The translations under genes and the position numbers were made by a program. A stretch of 64,000 bases of DNA from a virus (lineage: Duplodnaviria; Caudoviricetes), in the IMG/VR virus record IMGVR_UViG_3300001517_000002, positions 49,448-113,447 of that record, one strand, 5' to 3'. Below the pieces are notes generated by a model that had not been told where the DNA came from, did no database searches, and worked only from the letters and a program-made list of their open reading frames with translations. Shown one piece after another: positions 29,020 to 39,111 of this stretch. Position 1 is the stretch's first letter. Each line of letters starts with the position of its first letter.

Positions 29020-30192
29020 ATGGCAAAGTACACTATTTTCTTGAATCGTCTGGAAGAACTCCAGAAGGTGTATGCCCGTTATGCCAAAAAAGCTGAAGCC
29101 ATAGGTCTGGAAACTTCTCTGACTGTTGGTGAACCTTATATCAAGGCGGTGACGGTGTATGAAGTTGATTATATCAATCATTGTCAGCGCAAAACTGGAA
29201 TAATCAATGTTGATGTAGTTGACATTGACATACTTTTCCCCGATTATAGACTCGGAAATTATACCGTTGCAGCGGTAATTGACCACACTATTGATGCGGA
29301 AAATAATGCAATATACGCCTACGGTGATATTTCTATACCTATGGAATATCGCAAGGGACAGGGAATTTGTGAGCATTGCCGCACAAATCACAAGAGGAAC
29401 AAAACCATATTACTTCTTGACAGTGACGGAAATTTCAAACAGGTTGGAACATCTTGTTTGCGTGAATATACTGGAATTTCTGACATTGATTTAGTCAAGG
29501 CTTTTGGAGCTTTTGACTCATTCCTTGCTGAATGTGATACGGAAAAAGGAACGTACACAGGAACGGGGAAAACATATGTCAAGACAGTTGATTATTTAGC
29601 TTTTTGTATTCATTCCATACGGAAAAACGGATATGACAAAGAGCTAAAATATACAGCTTATGACGAGGTATTAGGAGAATCTAAATGCGCCTCAAGGTCT
29701 GATTATGAGGCAGCGGAAAAAGTCATTGAATACTTTGCCAATGCGGAATTTTCGGACAATTTCCTTTACAATATCAAGCTCCATGTTATGCAAAACTATT
29801 GCAAGGAAAATGGTTTTGTGGCATATGCTTATGTAGCGTATCAAAAGGAAATGGAAAAGCTTGCTGAACGCAAGGAAAATGCTGAAAACTCTGAATACTT
29901 TGGAAAAGTAGGTGACAGAATCAAGGATATTCCCGTCACTGGAAAAGTTGTATCAAGCTATACAAATTGTTATGGAAGTATCTATAATTCAGTAACAACT
30001 TTCATTTACAAGTTTACAGATAATGCAAATCATGTATTTATCTGGAAAAGCTCATGTGATATAGTTCTGGATGATAATGGAATTTTCAAGGGAACTATTA
30101 CGGGAACTATTAAGGAACATTCTGAGTTTAAGGGAACTAAACAGACTGTTCTGACACGTTGTAAGGTTAAAGAGGAGGAAAATTTATGCTGA
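29020..30192 (+). CDS. phage protein with CxxC and a C-terminal OB-fold-like domain
   Basis: CEHC, VGTSC, GTIKEHSEFKGTKQTVLTR; RBS. Confidence 0.75.
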   Translation: MAKYTIFLNRLEELQKVYARYAKKAEAIGLETSLTVGEPYIKAVTVYEVDYINHCQRKTGIINVDVVDIDILFPDYRLGNYTVAAVIDHTIDAENNAIYAYGDISIPMEYRKGQGICEHCRTNHKRNKTILLLDSDGNFKQVGTSCLREYTGISDIDLVKAFGAFDSFLAECDTEKGTYTGTGKTYVKTVDYLAFCIHSIRKNGYDKELKYTAYDEVLGESKCASRSDYEAAEKVIEYFANAEFSDNFLYNIKLHVMQNYCKENGFVAYAYVAYQKEMEKLAERKENAENSEYFGKVGDRIKDIPVTGKVVSSYTNCYGSIYNSVTTFIYKFTDNANHVFIWKSSCDIVLDDNGIFKGTITGTIKEHSEFKGTKQTVLTRCKVKEEENLC

Positions 30193-30452
30193 GATATACA
30201 AGGTCAATCGACTGGACAAGTTTGTGGGAGATGGACAAAAAGTCCATCATTTCCACTATGTACGGAAATATGAACGCTGATTTAAAGGCTGGCTATGACC
30301 CTTTCGGAAAAAGCATTAGAAGTCAGCGTGAACAGATAACAGCTTATGAACAGGATTATCTTGACACTTTGGAAAAGTTCAAGTATATGACTGAAGAACA
30401 GATTAATCATTGGTGCTTTTATGACTTGAAAAAGCGTGGAGCTATAGAATAA
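30186..30452 (+). CDS. hypothetical protein
   Basis: GGAGG RBS, coupled. Confidence 0.75.
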   Translation: MLRYTRSIDWTSLWEMDKKSIISTMYGNMNADLKAGYDPFGKSIRSQREQITAYEQDYLDTLEKFKYMTEEQINHWCFYDLKKRGAIE

Positions 30453-30467
30453 AAGGAGGAAAATTAC

Positions 30468-30662
30468 ATGAAACTCAAGGATTTAAAAAAGGGGGAATAT
30501 TTTACCCTTAAACCGATAGAAGAACCAAAGGAAAATCAAGTGTACATTCGTGGAGAATATGACCGCACTGAAAAGAAGTATGAGTGCGGAAAATTCTCTG
30601 ACATAAGCTATACACGTTATATTGACGGAGACAGGGAAGTATACACTGACTTTACATTTTAA
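30468..30662 (+). CDS. hypothetical protein
   Basis: GGAGG RBS. Confidence 0.75.
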   Translation: MKLKDLKKGEYFTLKPIEEPKENQVYIRGEYDRTEKKYECGKFSDISYTRYIDGDREVYTDFTF

Positions 30663-30675
30663 GGGAGGAAGAAAT

Positions 30676-30876
30676 ATGAAACATTTAAACATTCATTCAA
30701 TGGATGGAAATATAGGCAAGTTTGCACTTGACCTTGAAATTATCAAGGAAAATTCAAAATCAATCTATGCCGAGGGAATGTATGGAAATGTGTATCGAGT
30801 TGTTAAGAAAACAGGCTCAGTATATATTGACGGGGAAAAATACGCAGACAATAGCTCTTACAGCATTGTTGACTAA
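30676..30876 (+). CDS. hypothetical protein
   Basis: GGAGG RBS before ATG 30676. Confidence 0.7.
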   Translation: MKHLNIHSMDGNIGKFALDLEIIKENSKSIYAEGMYGNVYRVVKKTGSVYIDGEKYADNSSYSIVD

Positions 30877-30890
30877 AGGAGGAAAATAAT

Positions 30891-31262
30891 ATGTTACACA
30901 TAAGCTCTAAACCAATCACGGAAAAAGCTCAGATAGGTTATCTGAACTATAGCTCTATCTTTTCGGAACTTATTCACGCTGCAACGGTTTGTGAATACTT
31001 TGCAAGCGATATATTCATAGACTTAAAGCGGATAGAATGTGCTATCACAGGTGCGGAAAATAAAGTGTTCTATCTCGGTTATCGTAATAGCGGAGTTGAT
31101 GGAAATACTTTTGTCAAGTCACGACTTTCGGGAAACAAATACTATGAATATATCCGTCTGTACAGACTGGAAATATCTTCTGACGGAGAATATATCACGG
31201 TAGAACTCAAACGTGTATCAAATTATGATGCACATAAGGAACTTTGCGAGGAGGAAAAGTAA
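30891..31262 (+). CDS. hypothetical protein
   Basis: GGAGG RBS. Confidence 0.75.
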   Translation: MLHISSKPITEKAQIGYLNYSSIFSELIHAATVCEYFASDIFIDLKRIECAITGAENKVFYLGYRNSGVDGNTFVKSRLSGNKYYEYIRLYRLEISSDGEYITVELKRVSNYDAHKELCEEEK

Positions 31263-31811
31263 ATGAAAAATATTATATTCTCAAACTATTATGACAGTGA
31301 CAGGGAAAAAGCAACAAGAGAGTTCTTGTTGGAAGATAGAGGCGAGGACAACGGCTGGGAAAATATTGATGATATTCCCGACAGTGAAGTATGGGAAGAA
31401 ATGTCATTCAATGAGCAGATAGACTGGGAAAATGTTACAAGCGAACTGGAAAACTTCTTTGAGGGTAAGGAAATTCTTGTCATCGGAACTGTAGGCAGAT
31501 GGAATGGCACATACTCTGCTGGAAAAGTTATATCATATAACGAACTTCATAAGTGCTGGTCTGACTGCGACTATGTGGAAATCTATGACGAGGACGGTCA
31601 TATGCACATCAATGCAAGTCACCATGACGGAAACAACCATTTTGAAGTCAAGATTCTTACGGAAAAAGGTAGAGACTACTATTCACGTTGGAATGAGAAT
31701 TGGAGTGATTCACGGTCAGAACGGGAAATTCACACAAAACTTGCGGAAAGTTCACGCTACACTCATATACCACATTTTGCAAGGAAAGTTTACGGCTGCA
31801 AAACACGATAA
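31263..31811 (+). CDS. hypothetical protein
   Basis: GRWNG and HHDGNN motifs; RBS. Confidence 0.8.
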   Translation: MKNIIFSNYYDSDREKATREFLLEDRGEDNGWENIDDIPDSEVWEEMSFNEQIDWENVTSELENFFEGKEILVIGTVGRWNGTYSAGKVISYNELHKCWSDCDYVEIYDEDGHMHINASHHDGNNHFEVKILTEKGRDYYSRWNENWSDSRSEREIHTKLAESSRYTHIPHFARKVYGCKTR

Positions 31812-31886
31812 AGGAAAAGTATGATGGGCGCTTACAAGTCCCATCACCACATACGATAAAGGAAATTTTCAAAGGAGGAAATTACT

Positions 31887-32123
31887 ATGGCAAGACCTAA
31901 AATCACTATGAAAAAACAGATAAGGAATACGGAAATTTTCAACAGTATTCTTAAAAGCATAGGAGGAAAATGTACTGATACTGCGAGTGTTTATGTGAAC
32001 GGAAAATTTTTCGCTCACTATTCTCGTGAAGTTGCAATGGAAGTATTTGATGACATCAAGGGAAAAACTGTTGACGTTGTAAGTGATGTGACAGGGGAAA
32101 TCTTAAAGCATAAGGAGGCATAA
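31887..32123 (+). CDS. hypothetical protein
   Basis: GGAGG RBS. Confidence 0.75.
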   Translation: MARPKITMKKQIRNTEIFNSILKSIGGKCTDTASVYVNGKFFAHYSREVAMEVFDDIKGKTVDVVSDVTGEILKHKEA

Positions 32124-32125
32124 TT

Positions 32126-32428
32126 ATGAAAGTTATATTCAAAAAGTCTGATACTGGAATACTTGCGTTCTATCCTGAGATGGCTGCCAACTATGGAAAA
32201 ATATTCGCCTTTGAATATCTTGGTAAAGCACCAATGGGACAGGGATGTTTAGGAGGTCATATGGAAATATCCATTGACTACTATCTGTCATTAAAGAGCG
32301 CAAAGCCTAATGAATACGCAGAGGCACTGGAAAACTTACGTCATATATATGACGAACCTTTGGAAGTTAGACAGCGCATAAACCATAATGACTTACGTTA
32401 TAAGGCTTGGAAAAGGGAGGTAAACTAA
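32126..32428 (+). CDS. hypothetical protein
   Basis: GGAGG RBS. Confidence 0.75.
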   Translation: MKVIFKKSDTGILAFYPEMAANYGKIFAFEYLGKAPMGQGCLGGHMEISIDYYLSLKSAKPNEYAEALENLRHIYDEPLEVRQRINHNDLRYKAWKREVN

Positions 32429-32429
32429 T

Positions 32430-32780
32430 ATGAATAAAGCTATGGAAAAACTCAGACAGGAAATTGTGGAACTTTGCAATGAACTGGAAGTAAGCGACTA
32501 TATAATTTATTGCAATGGAAAACGCTATATGTATGGAGGATATAGCAACCATAAGAATCAGCCCACAATACAGGATGCCGATGTGGAATCCTACTTGGAA
32601 TATTGCAATCCTGATACGCTGTCAATGGCTTTCGAGGGAGAACTTCACAGCATATTCAATTACTCTTGGAATATTCCATACTGTGAAAGGGCAATCGAGA
32701 AGTTTGAAAAGCTCTTTGCAAAGTACGGATTTTATTATGAGCTTGGAAATTCTTGGAACTTATCGTTATATGAAAACTAA
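32430..32780 (+). CDS. hypothetical protein
   Basis: GGAGGT RBS. Confidence 0.75.
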   Translation: MNKAMEKLRQEIVELCNELEVSDYIIYCNGKRYMYGGYSNHKNQPTIQDADVESYLEYCNPDTLSMAFEGELHSIFNYSWNIPYCERAIEKFEKLFAKYGFYYELGNSWNLSLYEN

Positions 32781-32793
32781 GGAGGAAATTATT

Positions 32794-33501
32794 ATGTTAA
32801 ATGAAATGATTAAGGAATACACAGAGCTTATGACTTCTCTCAATGAGAGTAAGGAAAAGGCTAATGCTATGAATAAGGAAATGTATAAGACAGACATCAA
32901 AGACAGGCTTGCCGATAAAGACGGTTGGAAAAAGCAGCTTGACAAATATGCTCATATGGAAAACTTCATAAAGCACAAACAGGAATATCTGTACATTCTC
33001 CAATACAATATGTTCAATGCTTTTATAGTTGAGAATATGGAAACGATAAGGGAAATTGTAAACAAGTATGCTAACAAACCCATTGGAGAAAAGCGCAGCG
33101 AAAACTTATATAATGAACTTCATGCTCTTATTCCAAAAGAAGTTATGTATATTTTTAGTATAAGTATTAACTACAGAACTTTTGGAGGAATAGAAATATA
33201 CCTCAACTACAAGAATAATCGCCATTGGGTTTGGATTATTGATAGTGGAAACAGCAAAGAGTACAGAGATAGTAACACATACTCAGAACTGACAGAGGAA
33301 AAAACATCTGATATAATCAACGATGCAAAAGGAAAAATCGTCAATGATATTGACAAGTACATTGCTGATACCTATGAAAAAATCGCTGTCCTCAATGGGA
33401 AGATAGAAGAAGTTGAAAAGCTGTATTCGGAAATTAGAGATGCAGCCGATGAAATGAATATATGGTCATACGATACAACTGTAAAGAAGTACAGAATATA
33501 A
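32794..33501 (+). CDS. hypothetical coiled-coil protein
   Basis: RBS before ATG 32794 (the 32515 start overlaps the upstream gene). Confidence 0.75.
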   Translation: MLNEMIKEYTELMTSLNESKEKANAMNKEMYKTDIKDRLADKDGWKKQLDKYAHMENFIKHKQEYLYILQYNMFNAFIVENMETIREIVNKYANKPIGEKRSENLYNELHALIPKEVMYIFSISINYRTFGGIEIYLNYKNNRHWVWIIDSGNSKEYRDSNTYSELTEEKTSDIINDAKGKIVNDIDKYIADTYEKIAVLNGKIEEVEKLYSEIRDAADEMNIWSYDTTVKKYRI

Positions 33502-33556
33502 AGCTCTTGGAAAAAAGTAACAAAAAAGCACCATACACTTTGTACAATGTTACATA

Positions 33557-33585
33557 TTGACAAAGTATAAAGTGTATGGTATACT
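33557..33585 (+). promoter_or_regulatory. sigma-A promoter flanked by operator boxes
   Basis: TTGACA-17 bp-TATACT; CATTTTGTAC at 33600. Confidence 0.8.
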
Positions 33586-33630
33586 GTAGGAGAAGTAAAC
33601 ATTTTGTACATTGCAAAAGGAGGAAATGTT

Positions 33631-34527
33631 ATGAATACACCATTATCGAATCTGTTAAAGGAAAATCGTAAGGCATTACAGGGACTTCATATTATTGCTG
33701 GGATGGACTTTCAGAAGCCATTCCATATTATTGAAGCCATTGGAAACTTTACTTATAATTCGGTTATGAATCTGCTTGGAAAACCTGACCTTGATGAAGT
33801 CAATATATTTGTAATGTACAAGTCATCAAGAACTTGGGATGCAAACTACAATTATCTCGCTCACGTTATCAAAGGAAAATTTGAAACTCAGCGTAATGAC
33901 ATTGAAGGCTATGAATCAGGTGGTTGGCGTTGGTTCGATACCGCAATAGGTAAAGGAACTTTTGAGAAAAAAAGAAAAGACAAGAATTGCCACTACTGGA
34001 TAATTGCACAGGAGCGGAAATATGCTGTACAATCTAAGCCTAAAGCTGTGGATTATTCCGTAAGGTATAGAACCAAAATAGACCATGGAAATTATTATGC
34101 CATTCCATATCACAAAAATGGTGATTGGTTTTACGATGATGTAACCTATGGTATTTATGGAAAACCTGAGAACTTCCCTGACAAGTCTGGATATTTCAAT
34201 ACAAACGATTATCCGACAAGAGTACGGAAACTTAAAGCAGAACGCTCCGCTGCCGAGGCTGCAAAGTTCGACAATACGGAAAAGCTCAGAGAGTTCACGG
34301 AACGTATCAATCATTGCAATGAGGCATTGCAGATTATTCTCGCAGGAAATTACATTGATATTGACTACGAAAAAATCTCAGACGTAATACGTCATCTTCG
34401 TTTTGGAAAGCGTTATTACAAAGAGCTTAAAGCAAACGGCTTTACTTCCATGAGAGATATTAATTATACTTTGGAAAGATTAGAAGATGAAGTTAGAAGT
34501 GCCGAGAAGTATTTGAAGGGAGAATAA
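33631..34527 (+). CDS. hypothetical protein
   Basis: RBS before ATG 33631. Confidence 0.8.
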   Translation: MNTPLSNLLKENRKALQGLHIIAGMDFQKPFHIIEAIGNFTYNSVMNLLGKPDLDEVNIFVMYKSSRTWDANYNYLAHVIKGKFETQRNDIEGYESGGWRWFDTAIGKGTFEKKRKDKNCHYWIIAQERKYAVQSKPKAVDYSVRYRTKIDHGNYYAIPYHKNGDWFYDDVTYGIYGKPENFPDKSGYFNTNDYPTRVRKLKAERSAAEAAKFDNTEKLREFTERINHCNEALQIILAGNYIDIDYEKISDVIRHLRFGKRYYKELKANGFTSMRDINYTLERLEDEVRSAEKYLKGE

Positions 34528-34634
34528 AAATGGCTGATATTATGTTCCACTTGGTTATTTATCTGTTCTTATGGAGAATCCTTATGGAATTAGATACCAT
34601 AAAACATAGCCTAAAAGAAAAGGAGGAATGAATT

Positions 34635-35186
34635 ATGAGTAAAAGAATTGGTGTAGCTGGGACATGGTTCTACGGAAACGAGGTCAGTGATTATGGAAAA
34701 AATAATAACAGAGTTGACTATCGTACATTAGCAAAGGCGTTTGGACACGTTGATGCTGGAAAACTCATGGACGTACACCCTGACTACTGCGATGGAGCAG
34801 AGTGGGAAGTGGTCAACGGCAATGGATATTTCTACGAGGACTACAATGAGAATGAATACAGTTATGAAGAAGCTCAGAAGCGTATCGAAGAACTGAATGA
34901 AGAACTGGAAAAGCTGGAAGAACTGGAAGAACTTACAGAAGAACAGGAAGAACGCATAAAAGATATTGAGTATGACATTCATTCTCTTGGAGAAGGAAAA
35001 TTCAGAGACTTCTATAACTACTTAATAATAGACAGTAACGGTGCGGAAATTCTGAAGGAGTGGACAGACGAGTATGTAATATATAATGAGGAACTTGACC
35101 TTTATGTGTGGGGAATAGACCATTGTGGAACTTCTTGGGATTACGTTCTCACGCAGATAAAATGCAACTATAAAGAAGAAGAATAA
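34635..35186 (+). CDS. hypothetical acidic protein
   Basis: VWGIDHCGTSWDYV; RBS. Confidence 0.8.
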   Translation: MSKRIGVAGTWFYGNEVSDYGKNNNRVDYRTLAKAFGHVDAGKLMDVHPDYCDGAEWEVVNGNGYFYEDYNENEYSYEEAQKRIEELNEELEKLEELEELTEEQEERIKDIEYDIHSLGEGKFRDFYNYLIIDSNGAEILKEWTDEYVIYNEELDLYVWGIDHCGTSWDYVLTQIKCNYKEEE

Positions 35187-35213
35187 TAAAAAAGTAGAAC
35201 AGGAGACAATAAA

Positions 35214-35423
35214 ATGACTATTAATGGGAGGCATTGGCATTTAAAAAAGGAAATGGAAATTCGATTGCAGGGTATTGCATTGGCATTGCTTGGAATTATG
35301 TGCCGTAACAATAATATTGATGGCGTTGCAATTTTATTCTTAGCGTGTGGCATTGCTTTAACCTTTGGAAAAAGGAGGAGAGTTAATGACTCAGAAGCAG
35401 ACAGAGAATTGTCTCAAGGTTAA
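35214..35423 (+). CDS. small membrane protein
   Basis: Two hydrophobic segments. Confidence 0.6.
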   Translation: MTINGRHWHLKKEMEIRLQGIALALLGIMCRNNNIDGVAILFLACGIALTFGKRRRVNDSEADRELSQG

Positions 35424-35628
35424 ATCAGCCTTGATTGACATTTTCGACAATGGAAGATTAACAAAGTATCTTCCCACAAGTTATCTCGCATTTGAATTAG
35501 CGAGAACATACAATCATATAATCAAAAATGAACCTGTGGAAACTATTAACAAGGAGCTTAAAGACTTCTATGAAAAGAACGGGTTTACAATCACAAACAA
35601 GGGCATAGGCTGGACAATCAGCTTATAA
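35386..35628 (+). CDS. hypothetical protein
   Basis: GGAGG RBS before ATG 35386. Confidence 0.7.
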   Translation: MTQKQTENCLKVKSALIDIFDNGRLTKYLPTSYLAFELARTYNHIIKNEPVETINKELKDFYEKNGFTITNKGIGWTISL

Positions 35629-35657
35629 TAAATATTGAATTTTAGGAGGAAAATATT

Positions 35658-36668
35658 ATGACAAAGGCAAACATTTCATGGAACATCAATCAGATAGTAA
35701 AGGGCATGGCAAACGGAACTATCCGTTTTGATAATGCTATTCAGCGTGGTTATGTGTGGGATAAAAAGAGGGCATCACTTCTTATTGACAGTGTACTCAG
35801 GGAATATCCTGTGCCGCCTATCTTTACAATCAGAACAGAGGAAAAAATTACAGTAAGGAATAAGGAAGTTTCTGTCTATGACTGCATAGACGGAAAACAG
35901 AGGTCAACAGCGTTCAAACTGTTTATGGAAAATGAGTTCGCTTTAACAGGGCTTGAGCCTATTATTCAGTCAGATGGCTCGGAAATTGACATAAATGGCA
36001 AGACCTTTGAGGAACTTGACGAGGAAATGCAGGATGCTATTAAGTCTTACACTCTGACAGTTTATTACTTCTCAGACATTACAGACGAGGAAGTTGCAGA
36101 AATGATGTCAAGACTGAATAATGGTAAGGTGCTGACAGGAACGGAAAATGCCCGTATCAAGGCAAAGCAGCTTGACACTATCAAGGAGCTTGCAAGTCAT
36201 GCTGTACTTACAAACTACCTTACGGAAAAAGCAATCAAGGGATATGTCAACGAGGACATTGTAATCAAGTTTGCCCTTCTGCTCAGTGACCAGACGGAGC
36301 TTTCAAACAAAAATGTTCGTGAAGCGTATGAGACTTACAACTTTGGAGAATCTACTTGCAAGAGCATTACTGATACTATGGACTTCGTTCTTGAAGCTAT
36401 TGAGGATAGCACTGACGATAAGAAGCTTATCAAGCGTATGACTTCAAAGGCAAATCTGATTACCATTCTGTATGTAGCACATGAGTATCTTGTAAACGGA
36501 AACGCTGATGTCAGCGAGTTCGCTGACAGGCTGGCTGAGTTCTTTGACGGAAAGAATGGAGCTACTATTAGTGATGATTATAATAGTGCTTGCACAAACG
36601 GAACAATGCGTAGTGCAAATGTACTTACAAGAAATGACGAGTTCTACAAGTATGTAATGGGAGAATAA
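35658..36668 (+). CDS. DUF262 (ParB/Srx-fold, GmrS-like) domain protein
   Basis: IQRGYVW, LIDSVLREYPVPPIF, IDGKQR. Confidence 0.85.
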   Translation: MTKANISWNINQIVKGMANGTIRFDNAIQRGYVWDKKRASLLIDSVLREYPVPPIFTIRTEEKITVRNKEVSVYDCIDGKQRSTAFKLFMENEFALTGLEPIIQSDGSEIDINGKTFEELDEEMQDAIKSYTLTVYYFSDITDEEVAEMMSRLNNGKVLTGTENARIKAKQLDTIKELASHAVLTNYLTEKAIKGYVNEDIVIKFALLLSDQTELSNKNVREAYETYNFGESTCKSITDTMDFVLEAIEDSTDDKKLIKRMTSKANLITILYVAHEYLVNGNADVSEFADRLAEFFDGKNGATISDDYNSACTNGTMRSANVLTRNDEFYKYVMGE

Positions 36669-36762
36669 CATAACATTCTGTTTAGCGGACAGACTGTACA
36701 TCTGTCCGTCTTACAGAGTGTTGTGTTTAAAAGCAAATAATAAGACGAGGGAGGAAAATATT

Positions 36763-37014
36763 ATGAATGAATATATTATAGACGATTTTACAGGAAAGTT
36801 GACAGGACTTTACAAGGATTATATGTTTAACATCAGGATAATCAAAGGCGATTCGCCTATAAAGGCAGTAAGAGCAGCATACAAACCTTTTGGAAAAATC
36901 AGAAAAGCAAAAGCATTTGAGAATCCCGATGTTATTATAACAGCGATAAGACGAGAAGAAAACAAGTTGATACGCACAAGCGGACAAATGTGTTATATGT
37001 TTGAGGAGGCATAA
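36763..37014 (+). CDS. hypothetical protein
   Basis: RBS before ATG 36763. Confidence 0.7.
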   Translation: MNEYIIDDFTGKLTGLYKDYMFNIRIIKGDSPIKAVRAAYKPFGKIRKAKAFENPDVIITAIRREENKLIRTSGQMCYMFEEA

Positions 37015-37016
37015 TT

Positions 37017-37202
37017 ATGAGAGTGAAATATTTACCAGTCAAGACAGGTGAAAGACTTAATATATCACAGTACCCTAATTTTCACAAGTCAGGCAGTATC
37101 AAAGGAATGAAGAAGCTCTATTACGGTGAGAACGCTTTACTTGTAAGATGTGGCGAATGGATATACAAAGTACCACAGGAAATTTATGATAGAGCGCACT
37201 GA
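37017..37202 (+). CDS. hypothetical protein
   Basis: RBS; PNFHKSGSIKGMK. Confidence 0.7.
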   Translation: MRVKYLPVKTGERLNISQYPNFHKSGSIKGMKKLYYGENALLVRCGEWIYKVPQEIYDRAH

Positions 37203-37217
37203 ACGGAGGGAAATGTT

Positions 37218-37394
37218 ATGACAAACAGATTTGAGCCAAGAAAAAGAACTGCACTTGATGGAAAAGTGTGGTGGTGCGTATATGACAATCAGAACAATTG
37301 TTATTCTACATATATTTGTCACGGCAAATATAAGACTAAACGAAAGTGCATTGAAACTATTGACTTTTGGAATAAAAAATATTTTTCTAAATAA
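37218..37394 (+). CDS. hypothetical protein (below ORF-track cutoff)
   Basis: GGAGG RBS; MTNRFEPRK... Confidence 0.6.
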   Translation: MTNRFEPRKRTALDGKVWWCVYDNQNNCYSTYICHGKYKTKRKCIETIDFWNKKYFSK

Positions 37395-37478
37395 AAGGGT
37401 GATTTAAAAGCCAGACGGGGAGCTTACAATCTCCGTCACCATAGACAATAAAACCAAAAGGAGGTAAAGGAGGAAATT

Positions 37479-37682
37479 ATGAAGGTAATGAATCATATGG
37501 ATTATGAATGTACGCAGCCAAACAAAATTGATTGTGAAGCCTACATCCATTTTATGTGTAATCCAGACAACTCATACAATTGCAATGAATGTCCTGAACG
37601 TGAATCTGGATGTGATGACGGATTGCCTTGTGGTCAACAGCATTGTTGGGTAGATATACATTGTAAGGAGGAAAAGTTATGA
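37479..37682 (+). CDS. Cys-rich small protein
   Basis: CNECPE...LPCGQQHCW; RBS. Confidence 0.7.
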   Translation: MKVMNHMDYECTQPNKIDCEAYIHFMCNPDNSYNCNECPERESGCDDGLPCGQQHCWVDIHCKEEKL

Positions 37683-38054
37683 AAAAATTTATTATTAAAA
37701 TTGAAGTTAATAATAACATTACATTAGAGGATGTGGAATCAGCTATCTCTGAAATGATAAACAATTATCTTGATACAACAAATGGCTTTTATGAAATTAC
37801 AGATACAGAAATTGGCGATGAGGATGAATTGAACTTAATAAAAGAGTGATTTAAGAGAGGGATTTGATATGATAGGTAGATTAATTCTTGGAATTTTTTT
37901 CTTTGCATTAGCTATTTTCGAGATAAGATTAGCTAATAAACGTAAAGAACAAGATATTTTACAGCTATTATTCTTGATATTGTGTCATGGATTTTGTTGC
38001 GGATTATTAATCAGCAGGTTTCTGACAGATATAATTAATTAGGAGGAAATTTAA

Positions 38055-38249
38055 ATGAAAAAGAGAATTGCGTTTGCATATGTTACAATTATAATGGATT
38101 TTGCAACACAGGGAGATGCGAAAGAATATAAACATAAGAACATTGCAAAGCATTGGAGATTTTCGGAAATAAGATATACAGGTGACAGCGAATATCCTTA
38201 TTCAATGGAAATTACAAAGCCATATGGCAAATACCCCACTGGATATTAA
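38055..38249 (+). CDS. hypothetical protein
   Basis: GGAGG RBS. Confidence 0.7.
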   Translation: MKKRIAFAYVTIIMDFATQGDAKEYKHKNIAKHWRFSEIRYTGDSEYPYSMEITKPYGKYPTGY

Positions 38250-38265
38250 TTAGGAGGAACAAGAA

Positions 38266-38580
38266 ATGTATATCAAATATGTAATTGAGAAATACGGAGA
38301 GCAATACAATTGGAATAAAAGAAAAAGCCCACCAACACAGGATGATTTGTATGGGAATTATTATGCAAGTGATATTTCAACAGTAGATACAATTGGAATA
38401 TTTGACACGGAAGAAGAAGCAAAACAGCATATGCCGACAGAGGTGGTTATTGATACGGAAAAATACAATAGCTACAACGATACAAGAACAATATGGTACG
38501 ATGTTTATGCCTTGTTTGCAGTCGAATTTGACGGAGGAGATGAACTTAACAGGGAAGAAATAGACGTTGTGATAGCTTAA
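38266..38580 (+). CDS. hypothetical protein
   Basis: GGAGG RBS. Confidence 0.75.
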   Translation: MYIKYVIEKYGEQYNWNKRKSPPTQDDLYGNYYASDISTVDTIGIFDTEEEAKQHMPTEVVIDTEKYNSYNDTRTIWYDVYALFAVEFDGGDELNREEIDVVIA

Positions 38581-38613
38581 AGGTTTGTATGAGGAAAAAT
38601 AAGGAGGTCAATC

Positions 38614-38901
38614 ATGTATCAAAAGTATATCGGAAATCCCAGCGAAGCAATAGGGAAAACCCTTTATGTAAAACTGCCATCAGGCTATGTAGCTGGAAAA
38701 GTTGTGGAATATATTTATCCTAAATACGGAATAGTTGGAACGTATAAGGTTAAAAGAGCAGACGGAAAAACAATGAGCGCACAGACTCTTTATTGTCCAC
38801 AGGTTTATATCGACTGCTTTAGAACAATGGATTATCACGACTTTGAAAAATTCCCTTGTGAGAATTGTCCATTCAATAAGAAATGCGGAAGTTATAGGTA
38901 G
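38614..38901 (+). CDS. hypothetical protein
   Basis: AAGGAGGT RBS. Confidence 0.75.
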   Translation: MYQKYIGNPSEAIGKTLYVKLPSGYVAGKVVEYIYPKYGIVGTYKVKRADGKTMSAQTLYCPQVYIDCFRTMDYHDFEKFPCENCPFNKKCGSYR

Positions 38902-38911
38902 GAGGTCAATT

Positions 38912-39091
38912 ATGACAGTCAGAGAGTTACTTGATGATTTTCAGCTATTTAAAGGGAAAATTTATGTATATCAAGGAGAGTTCGGGGATAATCTTGAATT
39001 TGATGCAGATGACGATGAGGAAAATTTATCAAATGCAGAAGTGGTTGAGTATGAACTTAACTATGGCACACTATACATAGAAATAAAATAA
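38912..39091 (+). CDS. small acidic protein
   Basis: AGGAGGT RBS before ATG 38912. Confidence 0.7.
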   Translation: MTVRELLDDFQLFKGKIYVYQGEFGDNLEFDADDDEENLSNAEVVEYELNYGTLYIEIK

Positions 39092-39111
39092 TACTTTGAG
39101 GAGGATTAATT

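Noticed and set aside
32515-32793. N-terminal 93 codons of the 328-aa ORF
   Set aside because: Overlaps gene 32430-32780; the RBS-linked start is 32794
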